A stretch of DNA of 64,000 nt from positions 579 to 64,578 of the forward strand of contig JAZJZC010000004.1 of assembly GCA_040390045.1 (NCBI GenBank). The letters run 5' to 3'. Both the position numbers and the translations under genes were made by a program. The DNA comes from Patescibacteria group bacterium (GTDB taxonomy: Bacteria > Patescibacteriota > Minisyncoccia > Phycocordibacterales > SIBU01). A model generated the notes under the pieces. That model was not told where the DNA came from and ran no database searches. It was given only the letters and a program-made list of their open reading frames with translations. Shown here one piece after another: positions 8,968-18,699 of the stretch (the first letter of the stretch is position 1; every line of letters begins with the position of its first letter).

Positions 8968-11238
8968 TCAGTTTGTTAATCGCTCAAACCATGACTTGGC
9001 TTTTTTATGCACAGTCGAACTTTTTTCAACCGCCAATCGTGCTAAAAGATACATAACGGTCGATTCCGCTCCTTGGTTTAGGTTGACGTAGTCTTTACCA
9101 ACTCCGTCGTAACAACCACCAGAATCATAATCGTAGACTACTTGTCGTAATAGGTTGTTGCCGGTAAACCAGCCAAAGGCCAACATCATCAAGTGTTGAT
9201 AGCGTTCTTCACCCGTAATTTCGTACATGGTTTTGAGTGTTTGGACGAGCGTGGCTACTTCTTCCGGCTGTTGATCGTGAAGTTGTTTTTCGCCACCTTT
9301 TTGAAACCAGCCCTTCTGTCCAATTGGAACGCAGATATCACCTTGGAAACTGTATAAGATCAAAAATTCCAAACTAGTCTTGGCCACTGACAAATATTTT
9401 TCATTACCAGTTTCGCGGAATGCCAAGGCAAGAGCCTCGGGCAAGAGCCCGTTTGAGTAGGTCAACGAGTCACCAAACCACTGCCAGTTGTGCGTTGAAT
9501 TTTTTTCATAGAGCTCGACTAGCTTGTCTGCGTAACCGACAATTTTAGTTTTAATTTCGACAGAAGGGTCGATGGTAATCCATGCGGTAAGAGATTTAAG
9601 AAAAAACGCCATAGACCGAGGGTGTTCAGGAAAAAAAGAATTTGCGCTGAGATCGTACAACGAATACGCCTGAGTTCGTAACTGCTTCGACATAACATTT
9701 GAACTTGCGGCAATAGCAAGCGATTCGAGCGCGCGGGCTCGAGCATCTTCTAGACTATCAATCCTGTTTTTCTCAGATGGAATCGTTCGGTCGTAATTTA
9801 CATAATTGGAAAAATCCCCAAAAGCTTCTGCGACGTAATCTATAAAATTTAAATAAATTTTTGCCAACTCAAGTACCGATTTATCCCTCCGCTCCTCGCA
9901 GTACTTTATGACGGCAATCAAAGCTCGGGCGTTGTCGTCGAGTGTGTATCCGGAGGACGGATCTGGCGTGGTTAGGTTCGTAAACTGAATCATTCCAAAT
10001 TTGTCTGTCAATTCAAATATGTGATCGAGTTTTATTTTTGGCAGATTGGTTTCGATGTTTGAGAGGGACGGTGCGAGCGTAATATATTCTTTCATGTACA
10101 GCAGGGCGCAGTTGTGCCACGTCTTGCTTCTGGTTCTGAAGTAGGCGCGTTTTCCCATCTCCTTTTGACGCGTAGGATCTTTTAGCATTTTTAAAAGCGC
10201 GTTTTTAATATCCTCAGGATTTTTAAAATCAACAAGCAATCCGGTTTCTTCAGTGATGTCTTCTTTGGCTTGGGCAAATCGAGTGGCAATGACTGGCCGG
10301 CCAGCACCGAGTGCATAGGAAAATGTTCCTGAAACCGCCTGATTTGGTTCAAGAGAAAGCGCCAGATAAATATCGGTGGCCTCCAAAAAATTTAATAAGT
10401 CAGGTAAATCAAAATATTTATTATGAAAAATGACATGTTTTCGCAACCCAAGTTGTTCAACTTTTTTGATCAGTGATTTTCTGTAGCTTTCACCTTCTCG
10501 CGCCAAAATGACGGGGTGGGTCGCGCCAATGACGTGGTATTCAACATTTGGAAAACGTTTGACCACCTCAGGTAAAGATTCAATGCCATATTCAATGCCT
10601 TTTCCCTTGCTCAAAAGTCCAAAAGTTGAAAGGACCATTTTTCCTGAAAGCCCCAACTTCGCTTTGGCTTTTTTGCCGTCGGAAAATGGCTTTGGGTGGA
10701 TGCCGTGAGGAATTATTTTTATTTTAGAAGCATCAATTGTATAGTCAGTAGCCAATATTTTTTTCGAGGTTTCTGTCATAACAATAATGGTGTTGGCTTT
10801 CATGCCAAGTTCCTCTACGGTTTTTTTTAGAATTGGATTTGGTCCAGGAAGAACTGTGTGCAAGGTAAGCACAATTGGTTTGCGGAGTTCGTTCATGAAA
10901 TCCAAAATATACGAACCGTATTCTCCGCCAAAAATACCGAATTCGTGTTGAATATTTACAACCGAAACATTTTCCAGACTATTTAAATATCGAGCGGCGC
11001 CCAGATAGCTTTTCTTATCAGGCTGAGTGATTTGATAAATTACTCGGTCCAAGTCATACCGATGTTTTGACCGACTATCGAGATTGATTGCTACCACTTT
11101 TGACTCCTCTCGAGGCATGTAGAGTTCGTCAAAGGTATTCATCAGGTCCTGAGTGAAAGTGGCGATCCCGCACTCTCTGGGAGGGAAGGTAGAAACATAG
11201 ACAATCCACTGGCGACTGTTTTTTTGGAGTCCGAACAT
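8968..11238 (-). CDS. GT4 glycosyltransferase fused to a C-terminal helical glycosidase-like domain
   Basis: STFPPRECGIATFT, IQHEFGIFGG, IPHG, TFGLLSKGKGIE; C-terminal GYTLDDNARAL, DQQP, NQGAEST. Confidence 0.9.
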   Translation of the reverse strand: MFGLQKNSRQWIVYVSTFPPRECGIATFTQDLMNTFDELYMPREESKVVAINLDSRSKHRYDLDRVIYQITQPDKKSYLGAARYLNSLENVSVVNIQHEFGIFGGEYGSYILDFMNELRKPIVLTLHTVLPGPNPILKKTVEELGMKANTIIVMTETSKKILATDYTIDASKIKIIPHGIHPKPFSDGKKAKAKLGLSGKMVLSTFGLLSKGKGIEYGIESLPEVVKRFPNVEYHVIGATHPVILAREGESYRKSLIKKVEQLGLRKHVIFHNKYFDLPDLLNFLEATDIYLALSLEPNQAVSGTFSYALGAGRPVIATRFAQAKEDITEETGLLVDFKNPEDIKNALLKMLKDPTRQKEMGKRAYFRTRSKTWHNCALLYMKEYITLAPSLSNIETNLPKIKLDHIFELTDKFGMIQFTNLTTPDPSSGYTLDDNARALIAVIKYCEERRDKSVLELAKIYLNFIDYVAEAFGDFSNYVNYDRTIPSEKNRIDSLEDARARALESLAIAASSNVMSKQLRTQAYSLYDLSANSFFPEHPRSMAFFLKSLTAWITIDPSVEIKTKIVGYADKLVELYEKNSTHNWQWFGDSLTYSNGLLPEALALAFRETGNEKYLSVAKTSLEFLILYSFQGDICVPIGQKGWFQKGGEKQLHDQQPEEVATLVQTLKTMYEITGEERYQHLMMLAFGWFTGNNLLRQVVYDYDSGGCYDGVGKDYVNLNQGAESTVMYLLARLAVEKSSTVHKKAKSWFERLTN

Positions 11239-11332
11239 AGGTATCTAGTATAAAGGGTTTTGAAACTAAGGGCAAAGTTACGAATCTTGCCCGCAGGACA
11301 ATGTTCCATTCAATGTAGTTTTGGTATACTTG

Positions 11333-12439
11333 ATGAAATATATGAAAATTATTCTACTAGTTGCCCGAGACGGGTTTAGTTTTATCAATCAGGCGGAAGC
11401 GCTGTCAAAAGGCTTACGTATCGTGAACATTGATCATAAAATTATTCGAATTGTTGACGAATTTCCAGAAAAAGAAATTAGGGAGTACAACCCGGATTGC
11501 ATACTCGGTATTGGTTCGTGGCATTCATATAAAGATTTCGTTGAAAAGCCTCGATTTCTCGGTATCCGCGCCGTTCCTTGGATAGTTTCCGATGATGCAT
11601 TTGATACATTTGTTAATGAGTATAATGAGCTCGATCTCATTTTGACGACCAGCGAATATTGTAAGAGTGTTTTTGTGCAAGGCGGAATCAAGAAGGATAT
11701 CGTGAAGGTTGTTCCAGAGGCCGTCAACGATGGTTTTTGGAAACCAATACTAGATGAGGATTTGTTGCCATTTATAAAGCGGATTTCAATTACCCATTCA
11801 GAAATAGTGTTACCACAGACTTTTGATCTTGAAAAAATAAAAGAAAAGGGTATTCCCATTCTTTTTACCACAGGCGGAGATGCAACGAGTAAAGGGGCGC
11901 TCGAGGTAATAGCCGCTCTTGGAAGGCTCGATAGGTCTGTTCCTTGGATTTATATATTAAAAACTTGGCCCTCAGAATTCAGCTTCGGTCGTTCAATTCT
12001 CGAGCTCGCGCTAGCGGAAAAGTTAGGTATTCGAGATAGGCTTAAGTATATTGTTGGAGAGTTTTCGGACGAGTTCATGCTCGGCCTTATGAATCTTTGT
12101 GATATCTATGTTGCGCCATCGCGGAGTGAAGGATTTGGTTTACCGCTTGTAGAAGCCCAGATGTGCGGAAAGCCCGTTATTACTATTGCGGCCACTGCGG
12201 CTCAAGAAACCATCAAGGATGGAAAGACCGGGTTTTTAGTTGGCCAAGACAGCGAAAGTAAATCACCGCGCGCCGATGTAAAAGCTCTTTCAGAGATTTT
12301 GGCAAAACTTCTTTCAAACCCAAGGCTTTGTGAAAAACTCGGTTCCCAAGGAGTAGCGTATTCCCGAGAACATTTCAGTCCCGAAGTTATTGTCAATCAA
12401 CTTTTGAAAGAATTAACTAACCAAAAATATGGTCACTAA
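11333..12439 (+). CDS. GT4 family glycosyltransferase
   Basis: PSRSEGFGLPLVEAQMCGKPVI. Confidence 0.9.
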   Translation: MKYMKIILLVARDGFSFINQAEALSKGLRIVNIDHKIIRIVDEFPEKEIREYNPDCILGIGSWHSYKDFVEKPRFLGIRAVPWIVSDDAFDTFVNEYNELDLILTTSEYCKSVFVQGGIKKDIVKVVPEAVNDGFWKPILDEDLLPFIKRISITHSEIVLPQTFDLEKIKEKGIPILFTTGGDATSKGALEVIAALGRLDRSVPWIYILKTWPSEFSFGRSILELALAEKLGIRDRLKYIVGEFSDEFMLGLMNLCDIYVAPSRSEGFGLPLVEAQMCGKPVITIAATAAQETIKDGKTGFLVGQDSESKSPRADVKALSEILAKLLSNPRLCEKLGSQGVAYSREHFSPEVIVNQLLKELTNQKYGH

Positions 12440-12932
12440 AAAGAGTCAATTTTTCGTACTCGCTGTGACCGCAATCCTCCTTTTGTCCTTTATAGTTTTT
12501 TGGAAAGTCAATCAAAAGGACATTGGCCTTTCGGAGCTAGCTGGTGAAGGAGACGTTAAAAACTCTGTAGAGCTTGATATAGGACATTCTCATCTTACGG
12601 TAATGATAGCCGACATCCCAGCCCTTCAAATAAAGGGTTTGGGTGGACGTGACTTTTTAGCCGACGACCAAGGAATGCTTTTTATATTTAAAGATTTAGC
12701 ATACCCAAGTATTTGGATGAAGGACATGCATTTTCCGATTGATATTTTGTGGTTTAATGATGAAAAAAAAGTGGTGAGCGTCGAAAAAAATGTTGCAACT
12801 TCCACATATCCCAAAATCTATACACCGAAATTGCCTGCGCGCTACGTTTTGGAGACAAATGCCGGTTTTTTTGAAAAAAATAATTTAAAAATTGGTAGTG
12901 AAATTTATTTTTCAAAAGAAGTTGCAAAGTAA
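12429..12932 (+). CDS. DUF192 family protein
   Basis: GL.GR..GMLFIF, WMKDMHFPIDI, YVLETNAG. Confidence 0.9.
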   Translation: MVTKKSQFFVLAVTAILLLSFIVFWKVNQKDIGLSELAGEGDVKNSVELDIGHSHLTVMIADIPALQIKGLGGRDFLADDQGMLFIFKDLAYPSIWMKDMHFPIDILWFNDEKKVVSVEKNVATSTYPKIYTPKLPARYVLETNAGFFEKNNLKIGSEIYFSKEVAK

Positions 12933-13062
12933 CGAGCTTTGTCAAAGGAATTTGAGAGGCACGTTTACAGTTTTTAAATTTTATACTCCAGTTTGATTTA
13001 AACACTTGTCCACTGTTTTTTCTTTTGGTTATAAGTAGTAGAATATAGAAATAAAAGTCAGA

Positions 13063-13185
13063 TAGAAATTTCACAGTTGGCGCATTTCTTCGTTGCTTCA
13101 CAATTTTACTCCTGCAATGTATACGAATACATTTTAGTTGCAAAATTGTTCGCGCCTCGAATTGCATCCAACCGTAAAATTTCTA
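13063..13185. repeat. Intergenic repeat family A, copy 2 (upstream of RNR)
   Basis: TGGCGCATTTCTTCGTTGCTTCAC..CGCGCCTCGAATTGCATCCA with flanking imperfect IR. Confidence 0.85.
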
Positions 13186-13220
13186 AAAAAATTATAAAAA
13201 CTTATTTATTAAAAAGCAGT

Positions 13221-15527
13221 ATGGCATCCAGCAAGAAAACCCCAGTCAAAGTAGAAGTTTTGGTTAAAAATGTCCAGAAAAGAGACGGATCGATCGTTCC
13301 GTTTGAATTTGAGCGCGTCGTCACTGCCATCAACAAGGCGATGATCAGCACCGGCGAAGGTTCTGAGCAAGAAGCGCGACTTGTAGCCAATAAAGTTTTG
13401 GCGGATCTTGTTCGTATCGTCCGGAAACATAAAAATTTTGTTCCAACCGTCGAAGGTATTCAGGATTCGGTTGAGAAAGAATTAATTTTGAGCGAATACG
13501 TTAAAACCGCCAAGAGTTACATTTTGTATCGTGAAAAACGATCCAAACTTCGTGAAAAAGGATTGCACGTTCCAGAGAAAGTTAAAAAAATGGCGACGGA
13601 CAGCAAGAAATATTTCAGAAATCCGCTCGGTGAATTTGTCTACTATCGTACGTACTCACGATGGATGGATGGGGAAGGAAGAAGGGAGACTTGGATCGAA
13701 ACTGTCGACCGTTATATTTCTTTCATGAAAGAAAATGTCGGTAAGAAATTAAAAGATGCTGAGTATTCAGAAATTCGTGAAGGAATTTTGAAACAAGAAG
13801 CGATGCCAAGCATGCGGCTTTTGCAATTTGCTGGAGACGCGGCACGCAAGACTAATGTCTGCGCGTACAACTGTTCATTTATTGCTCCAGAAAATTTTCG
13901 CGACATCGCAGAAATTATGTATGTCTCGATGTGTGGTACCGGAGCCGGCTGGGCAGTAGAAAGTCAGAACGTTCAAAAATTTCCACAAATAAAATTGCAG
14001 ACTGGAAAAAAATTACCAACGCACACGATAGATGACAGCAAGGAAGGTTGGTGCGATGCATTTATTTTAGGAACCAACGCGTGGGTAAATGGCACTGATG
14101 TTGATTTTGATTATTCTCAATTGCGACCGGCTGGAGCTCGACTTAAAACTATGGGAGGTAAATCAAGTGGACCAGAACCGTTGCGACGCCTTCTCAGTTT
14201 CGCTCGAGAGAAAATGTTGAAGAGGCAGGGCAAGCGACTTTCAAATCTCGATGTACACGATATTATTTGTATGATCGGGGATTGCGTTGTTTCAGGCGGA
14301 GTCCGAAGAAGCGCCATGATCAGTCTTTCTGATCTTGATGATCTCGAAATTCGCGATTCAAAAAAAGGCCAGTTCTATCTTAATGAACCACAGCGCAGTC
14401 TCGCCAACAATTCTGCTGTCTATATTAATAAGCCTTCAACTGCTGATTTCATGAATGAGTGGGTAGCCCTCATGAACAGTGGATCAGGCGAGCGCGGAAT
14501 ATTTAATCGCGGTTCACTTGCTAAAACTTTGCCAGAACGCCGATTGAAAGTTTTGAAGGGTTATTTTGACGCTAGTGGAAAAAATATTATTGGATCAATC
14601 GGAACCAATCCATGCGGAGAAATTATTTTGCAATCAAAGCAATTTTGTAATCTTTCAGAAGTTGTGGCGCGAAAGGAGGATGATGAAAAAAGTTTACTTC
14701 GAAAAGTTCGCCTGGCCACTATCTTGGGAACCTACCAATCATCACTAACCAATTTCCCATATCTTTCAAAAGAATGGAAAGAACATTGTGAAGAAGAACG
14801 ATTGCTCGGAGTTTCCATTACTGGTCAGTGGGATTGTCCTGCAGTTCGAGATGCAAAAGTTTTGCAAAAAATGAAAGATGAAGCTATCAAGATCAATCAG
14901 ATCTTCGCCAAGAAACTCGGCATCAGCGCTTCAACCTGCATCACCTGTGTTAAACCTTCTGGAACATTGTCACAAACAGTAGACTGTTCTTCTGGAATGC
15001 ACCCACGACATGCTCCGTTTTATATTCGACGCATTCGAATTTCCGCCACCGACGCGTTGTTTAAAATGTTGCGCGATCAGGGTGTGCCGTATCATCCAGA
15101 GGTTGGACAGCCAATGGATTCTGCCACGACCTATGTTTTGGAATTTCCAGTTAAGGCTCCAGGAGGTTCAATTTACAAAGATGATATTTCAGCATTGAAA
15201 CAACTTGAGCACTGGAAACTTTTGAAAGAAAATTTTACTGAGCACAATCCATCGGTGACCGTTTCAGTGGGGGAAGATGAATGGATTTCTGTAGCCAACT
15301 GGTTGTATGAACACTGGGATATCATTGGAGGACTTTCATTCTTGCCGAGAGATAATCATGTGTACCAGCTCGCTCCGTACGAAAAGATTGATGAGAAGAC
15401 CTACTTGGAAATGTCCAAGCGAATTGCGCACATAGACTTTTCAAAAATTATTACGTACGAAAAGCAGGATGAGACTGAAGTGAGGAAGGAGATGGCGTGT
15501 GTCGCCGGGGTTTGCGAAGTGGTGTAA
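13221..15527 (+). CDS. nrdJ: ribonucleotide reductase with N-terminal ATP cone, class II (B12-dependent RTPR-like)
   Basis: VQKRDG ATP cone, RTYSR..RETW, YNC, GGVRRSA, TNPCGE, TCVKPSGT, C-terminal CxxxxC; no nrdB nearby. Confidence 0.85.
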   Translation: MASSKKTPVKVEVLVKNVQKRDGSIVPFEFERVVTAINKAMISTGEGSEQEARLVANKVLADLVRIVRKHKNFVPTVEGIQDSVEKELILSEYVKTAKSYILYREKRSKLREKGLHVPEKVKKMATDSKKYFRNPLGEFVYYRTYSRWMDGEGRRETWIETVDRYISFMKENVGKKLKDAEYSEIREGILKQEAMPSMRLLQFAGDAARKTNVCAYNCSFIAPENFRDIAEIMYVSMCGTGAGWAVESQNVQKFPQIKLQTGKKLPTHTIDDSKEGWCDAFILGTNAWVNGTDVDFDYSQLRPAGARLKTMGGKSSGPEPLRRLLSFAREKMLKRQGKRLSNLDVHDIICMIGDCVVSGGVRRSAMISLSDLDDLEIRDSKKGQFYLNEPQRSLANNSAVYINKPSTADFMNEWVALMNSGSGERGIFNRGSLAKTLPERRLKVLKGYFDASGKNIIGSIGTNPCGEIILQSKQFCNLSEVVARKEDDEKSLLRKVRLATILGTYQSSLTNFPYLSKEWKEHCEEERLLGVSITGQWDCPAVRDAKVLQKMKDEAIKINQIFAKKLGISASTCITCVKPSGTLSQTVDCSSGMHPRHAPFYIRRIRISATDALFKMLRDQGVPYHPEVGQPMDSATTYVLEFPVKAPGGSIYKDDISALKQLEHWKLLKENFTEHNPSVTVSVGEDEWISVANWLYEHWDIIGGLSFLPRDNHVYQLAPYEKIDEKTYLEMSKRIAHIDFSKIITYEKQDETEVRKEMACVAGVCEVV

Positions 15528-15530
15528 AAC

Positions 15531-15641
15531 ATTTGAATCTGGCGCCCTTCTTCGTTGCTTCACGATTTTGCTTCTGCAACATATATGAATATGTTTTAGT
15601 CGCAAAATCGCTCGCGCCTCGAATTGCATCCAGATTCAAAT
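15531..15641. repeat. Intergenic repeat family A, copy 3 (downstream of RNR)
   Basis: Direct repeat of copy 2 with its own perfect flanking IR ATTTGAATCTGG/CCAGATTCAAAT. Confidence 0.85.
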
Positions 15642-15674
15642 TTTTTCCTAAGCTGTACTAAATTTGGGAAAGTT

Positions 15675-15716
15675 AAAAAAAGAATCCCCCGCGCCACAGG
15701 CGCGGGGGATTCTTTT
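15675..15716. terminator. bidirectional intrinsic terminator
   Basis: A-tract GAATCCCCCGCGCC ACA GGCGCGGGGGATTC T-tract between convergent genes. Confidence 0.85.
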
Positions 15717-15791
15717 GTCGGTCGGAAAAATATTAAAAAAGAAAAACCTCGCGCGGACGCGAGGCATGGGCGAAGTAAAGCTCGTCAAAAA

Positions 15792-16565
15792 TCAGGGTGA
15801 TTTTTGACGAGGCGAGGAGGAGAGACTCTGCAAGCCCTCAGTTGGTCTGGCGGGTGCGTTCGTCGTCAAATTTTCGCCTATCGCCGCTTGATGTAACTGA
15901 AGTTTTCTCTTCTGCACGCCTTCGAGTGTTTCAAGCGGGGCCAAAACAGTCCCATCTGATTGGAGGTGAACGAAGAAGAACATTTCCTGTTTTTTGTCAC
16001 CATCGGAGGCCAGTTTCAATTTTGGATCATTAACTGGTTCAGCCCCAACCCAATTTTGAACAGGCACAAGTGAGAGGCATTTGCTTACCATAAATACATA
16101 TTCATCGCTGGTCGAATTGGTAATGTTTCGACGAACTCTACCCACGTACTGATAGTGGTCAGTAAAAAAATACGCCGTTTCCTTGTTGATAACCCCAATG
16201 ACCTTGTAGCCTGAGCGAATTTCGCGAGCAAGTTTTATCCATTCGGAATCAGTGTATTTGTTGCCGGAGCGTTCCCCACGCCAACTCCAGATTTCATCCA
16301 GTTGATCAGGTGTGTTCCCCACACCTGTCTTTAAATCTGCAAACAGGATATCGTCGCCAGTGAAATCTGCGCGGAGTAAACAGGTGTCAGTTCCGATTAA
16401 CCACATGCGTTCAACGGAGGTCACACCAGTTGCCCTAGTCTCGAATTTACTGTAGATCGGTGGGGTGGTTCTGAGCCAATACACGGAGGGCTCCTTTGCG
16501 TTCGTGACGAGGGCTGCAAGAAAAAGAACAACTGCGACAAACAGACGGCTAAGTAATTTTTTCAT
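15792..16565 (-). CDS. secreted hypothetical protein (paralog 1)
   Basis: Signal peptide; shares IW.W, EY.F..K.L..PV.NWVG.EPV, LASDGD..E..F with 16779-17567. Confidence 0.8.
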   Translation of the reverse strand: MKKLLSRLFVAVVLFLAALVTNAKEPSVYWLRTTPPIYSKFETRATGVTSVERMWLIGTDTCLLRADFTGDDILFADLKTGVGNTPDQLDEIWSWRGERSGNKYTDSEWIKLAREIRSGYKVIGVINKETAYFFTDHYQYVGRVRRNITNSTSDEYVFMVSKCLSLVPVQNWVGAEPVNDPKLKLASDGDKKQEMFFFVHLQSDGTVLAPLETLEGVQKRKLQLHQAAIGENLTTNAPARPTEGLQSLSSSPRQKSP

Positions 16566-16682
16566 ATGTCAACTTTTACTGTATGCCGTGATATACAAGA
16601 TTATGGGGCGGAAGCCCATTCGTGCACGCTCGTGCAAGAACATTTCGTTATCCCGAACAGTCAGGCAAACAATTCCGAGCGT

Positions 16683-16711
16683 ATTATGAATTATATATAA
16701 TAGTATGTCAA
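16683..16711 (-). promoter_or_regulatory. sigma70-type promoter
   Basis: TTGACA-17 nt-CATAAT on minus strand. Confidence 0.75.
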
Positions 16712-16778
16712 TTTTTTTTCGGGGCGCGCAGAACAATATTAAAAAGAAAAAAACCTCGCGCGGACGCGAGGTTTTGAG

Positions 16779-17567
16779 TTACTTATTTTTCGGAGTGATG
16801 GCCTCTGTGACCTTCCTCACATCTTCGATCGACTTCGAAAGTTTTTCGCTTGGCGTTAGCCTAGCGTCAGCCTTCGCCTGTGCCAAATCCCTCTTGGCAT
16901 CAGCGATTTTTTCGGTGGTGTCGAGTGGCACGAGCACTTGGCCTCGAGCGTCGCGCGAAACAGCGAAGTAGATCTCCTCCTGTCTGTCGCCGTCTGACGC
17001 CAGAGTGAAAAGTTGACCCACTACCGGTTCATGTCCCACCCAATTTCGAACCGGGATCGACTTCAACCATTTGCCAGTTCGAAAAATGTACTCCCCTCCG
17101 TTTTGATCTGAGGAAGCTCGGAGCATTTTTCCAAGGCATTCAAATGGATCACGGAAACAGTAGGCAAAGTTCCCATTGACCAAGGCGATTTTCTGGTAGA
17201 ACTCGCGGTACTGTTGCGCCAACACGAGCCACGGTTCTTCTCCATTTTGAAGTCCCTTTTTGGATTCGGCAAGCGACCAATGCCAAATAGTTGCTTTACC
17301 CTCTGCTTTGTCTACGGTATCTATCCGCAGTTCAACTGGGCTAGTGTTTGTATTCGCAAACGAAGCAACAAGGTGATAGTCCGTGATCTCAAGTGACCAC
17401 ACCATTACCAAAATGTCTGCTACCCCCAGTTTACCTGAGATGAACTGGGTGAATGTCGGCGCGTTGGTGATGAGGGTTTGGGGTTGAACGGCGGGGGATT
17501 CCTGGGCGAAAAGCACCGAGGCAATGGTCATGAAAATGATGGCCACGAGTGAACTAAGAGTTTTCAT
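16779..17567 (-). CDS. secreted hypothetical protein (paralog 2)
   Basis: Signal peptide; tandem paralog of 15792-16565. Confidence 0.8.
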   Translation of the reverse strand: MKTLSSLVAIIFMTIASVLFAQESPAVQPQTLITNAPTFTQFISGKLGVADILVMVWSLEITDYHLVASFANTNTSPVELRIDTVDKAEGKATIWHWSLAESKKGLQNGEEPWLVLAQQYREFYQKIALVNGNFAYCFRDPFECLGKMLRASSDQNGGEYIFRTGKWLKSIPVRNWVGHEPVVGQLFTLASDGDRQEEIYFAVSRDARGQVLVPLDTTEKIADAKRDLAQAKADARLTPSEKLSKSIEDVRKVTEAITPKNK

Positions 17568-17683
17568 CGATGTAAATGTTCCGAGTGCCTTTTAACGGGA
17601 TCATGGAGCGAGAAGCCCATTCTTGCAAACAGCTACAAGAATTTTTCATGTTTCCGAACAGTCAGGTAAACTATTCTCGGCGC

Positions 17684-17712
17684 ATTATAAATTATAAATT
17701 ACAAAATGTCAA
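17684..17712 (-). promoter_or_regulatory. consensus sigma70 promoter
   Basis: TTGACA-17 nt-TATAAT on minus strand. Confidence 0.85.
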
Positions 17713-17761
17713 TTTATTGTAAAGAGAAAGCCGCCGCCCGTGAGGGCGGCGGCTTTCATGT

Positions 17762-18549
17762 GCTTTGTGTCTATAAGCCGAATTCTGTCCTTCGCTTGCG
17801 CGAATGGATAGTTATTTATCTGGGCCGCACATTGCTGTGTGGCTCAAGCGGCACTCGCCAATTTTGCCCACCACAGGTGGCGCAAAATTGAGCGTCCTGA
17901 GATTCGCCCTAATTAAGGCGAGCGAAGGGTCTTGACCCCTCGATTACTCGGGACGCTCAATTTTTCAGCTGCCTATGGCAGGAAAAATTGGCGCACGGCC
18001 TTGCACCCAGGTAAGGATTTTGTCGTTGCACTTCTCGTATTACTACGGAACTCGCCCCGACGTAAATCGGGGCGCTCCAAGGCTTTCGCGTCGGAGCGTC
18101 TCTGTTCGCACCTCTATCCTTGCGCCTGCCCGACTGAACGAGTCAGTCGTTCGGGCGGGGACGGCGGGCGTTACCTCCCGATGCCTTTCGGATCGGGATC
18201 CCGAATCCGCAAAGCGGACATCGGGACGCTACCATTCTCCCACGCACCTCGCTTCCACTCGGTGCGGAGTTCATCAAGTTGAAAGTTTCAAGTTTATAAA
18301 GTGAAGAGGAATTCTTACTTTAAAACTTTATAACTTTATGAACTTGTAACTGCATCGAACGAAAGTGAGATGCGCGGGGAGTGTTCGGACTTTCCTCGCC
18401 AATTTTGCCCACTAGAGATCGTTTTTCATAAACTCTGATTTTACAAAATTGGGCTGCCCTTCGATTTGCATAGGAGAGCAAATCTCAGGACGCTCAATTT
18501 TGCAACCACCTCCGGTGGGCAAAATTGGCGCAACTATCCAACACAAAGC
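17762..18549 (-). ncRNA. rnpB: RNase P RNA, unusually long (788 nt)
   Basis: Minus strand: GAGGAAAGTCCGAAC (CR I), ACAGAATTCGGCTTA (CR V), P1 GCTTTGTGT/ACACAAAGC, P2 GGATAGTT/AACTATCC, AGATAAAT (CR IV). Confidence 0.92.
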
Positions 18550-18699
18550 TCGAAAATTATACCACATCAAATGATTAAATCAATAGGGGATAGCTACCTT
18601 AAAAATTCACCAGAGTTTGTTAACAGCGCCATTGATATTGAGGTCTCAGTTTACTATAATTAGAAGGAACAATTTATTCGCCATAATTATTAAATTCCT

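Noticed and set aside
13000-13220. NrdR boxes or a cobalamin riboswitch upstream of nrdJ
   Set aside because: No convincing tandem NrdR palindromes or B12-box; the structured segment is a repeat that also occurs downstream and near lemA.
17706-18663. ORFs 17706-17891, 17932-18282, 17975-18304 and 18466-18663
   Set aside because: Antisense to the RNase P RNA, with no coding features.
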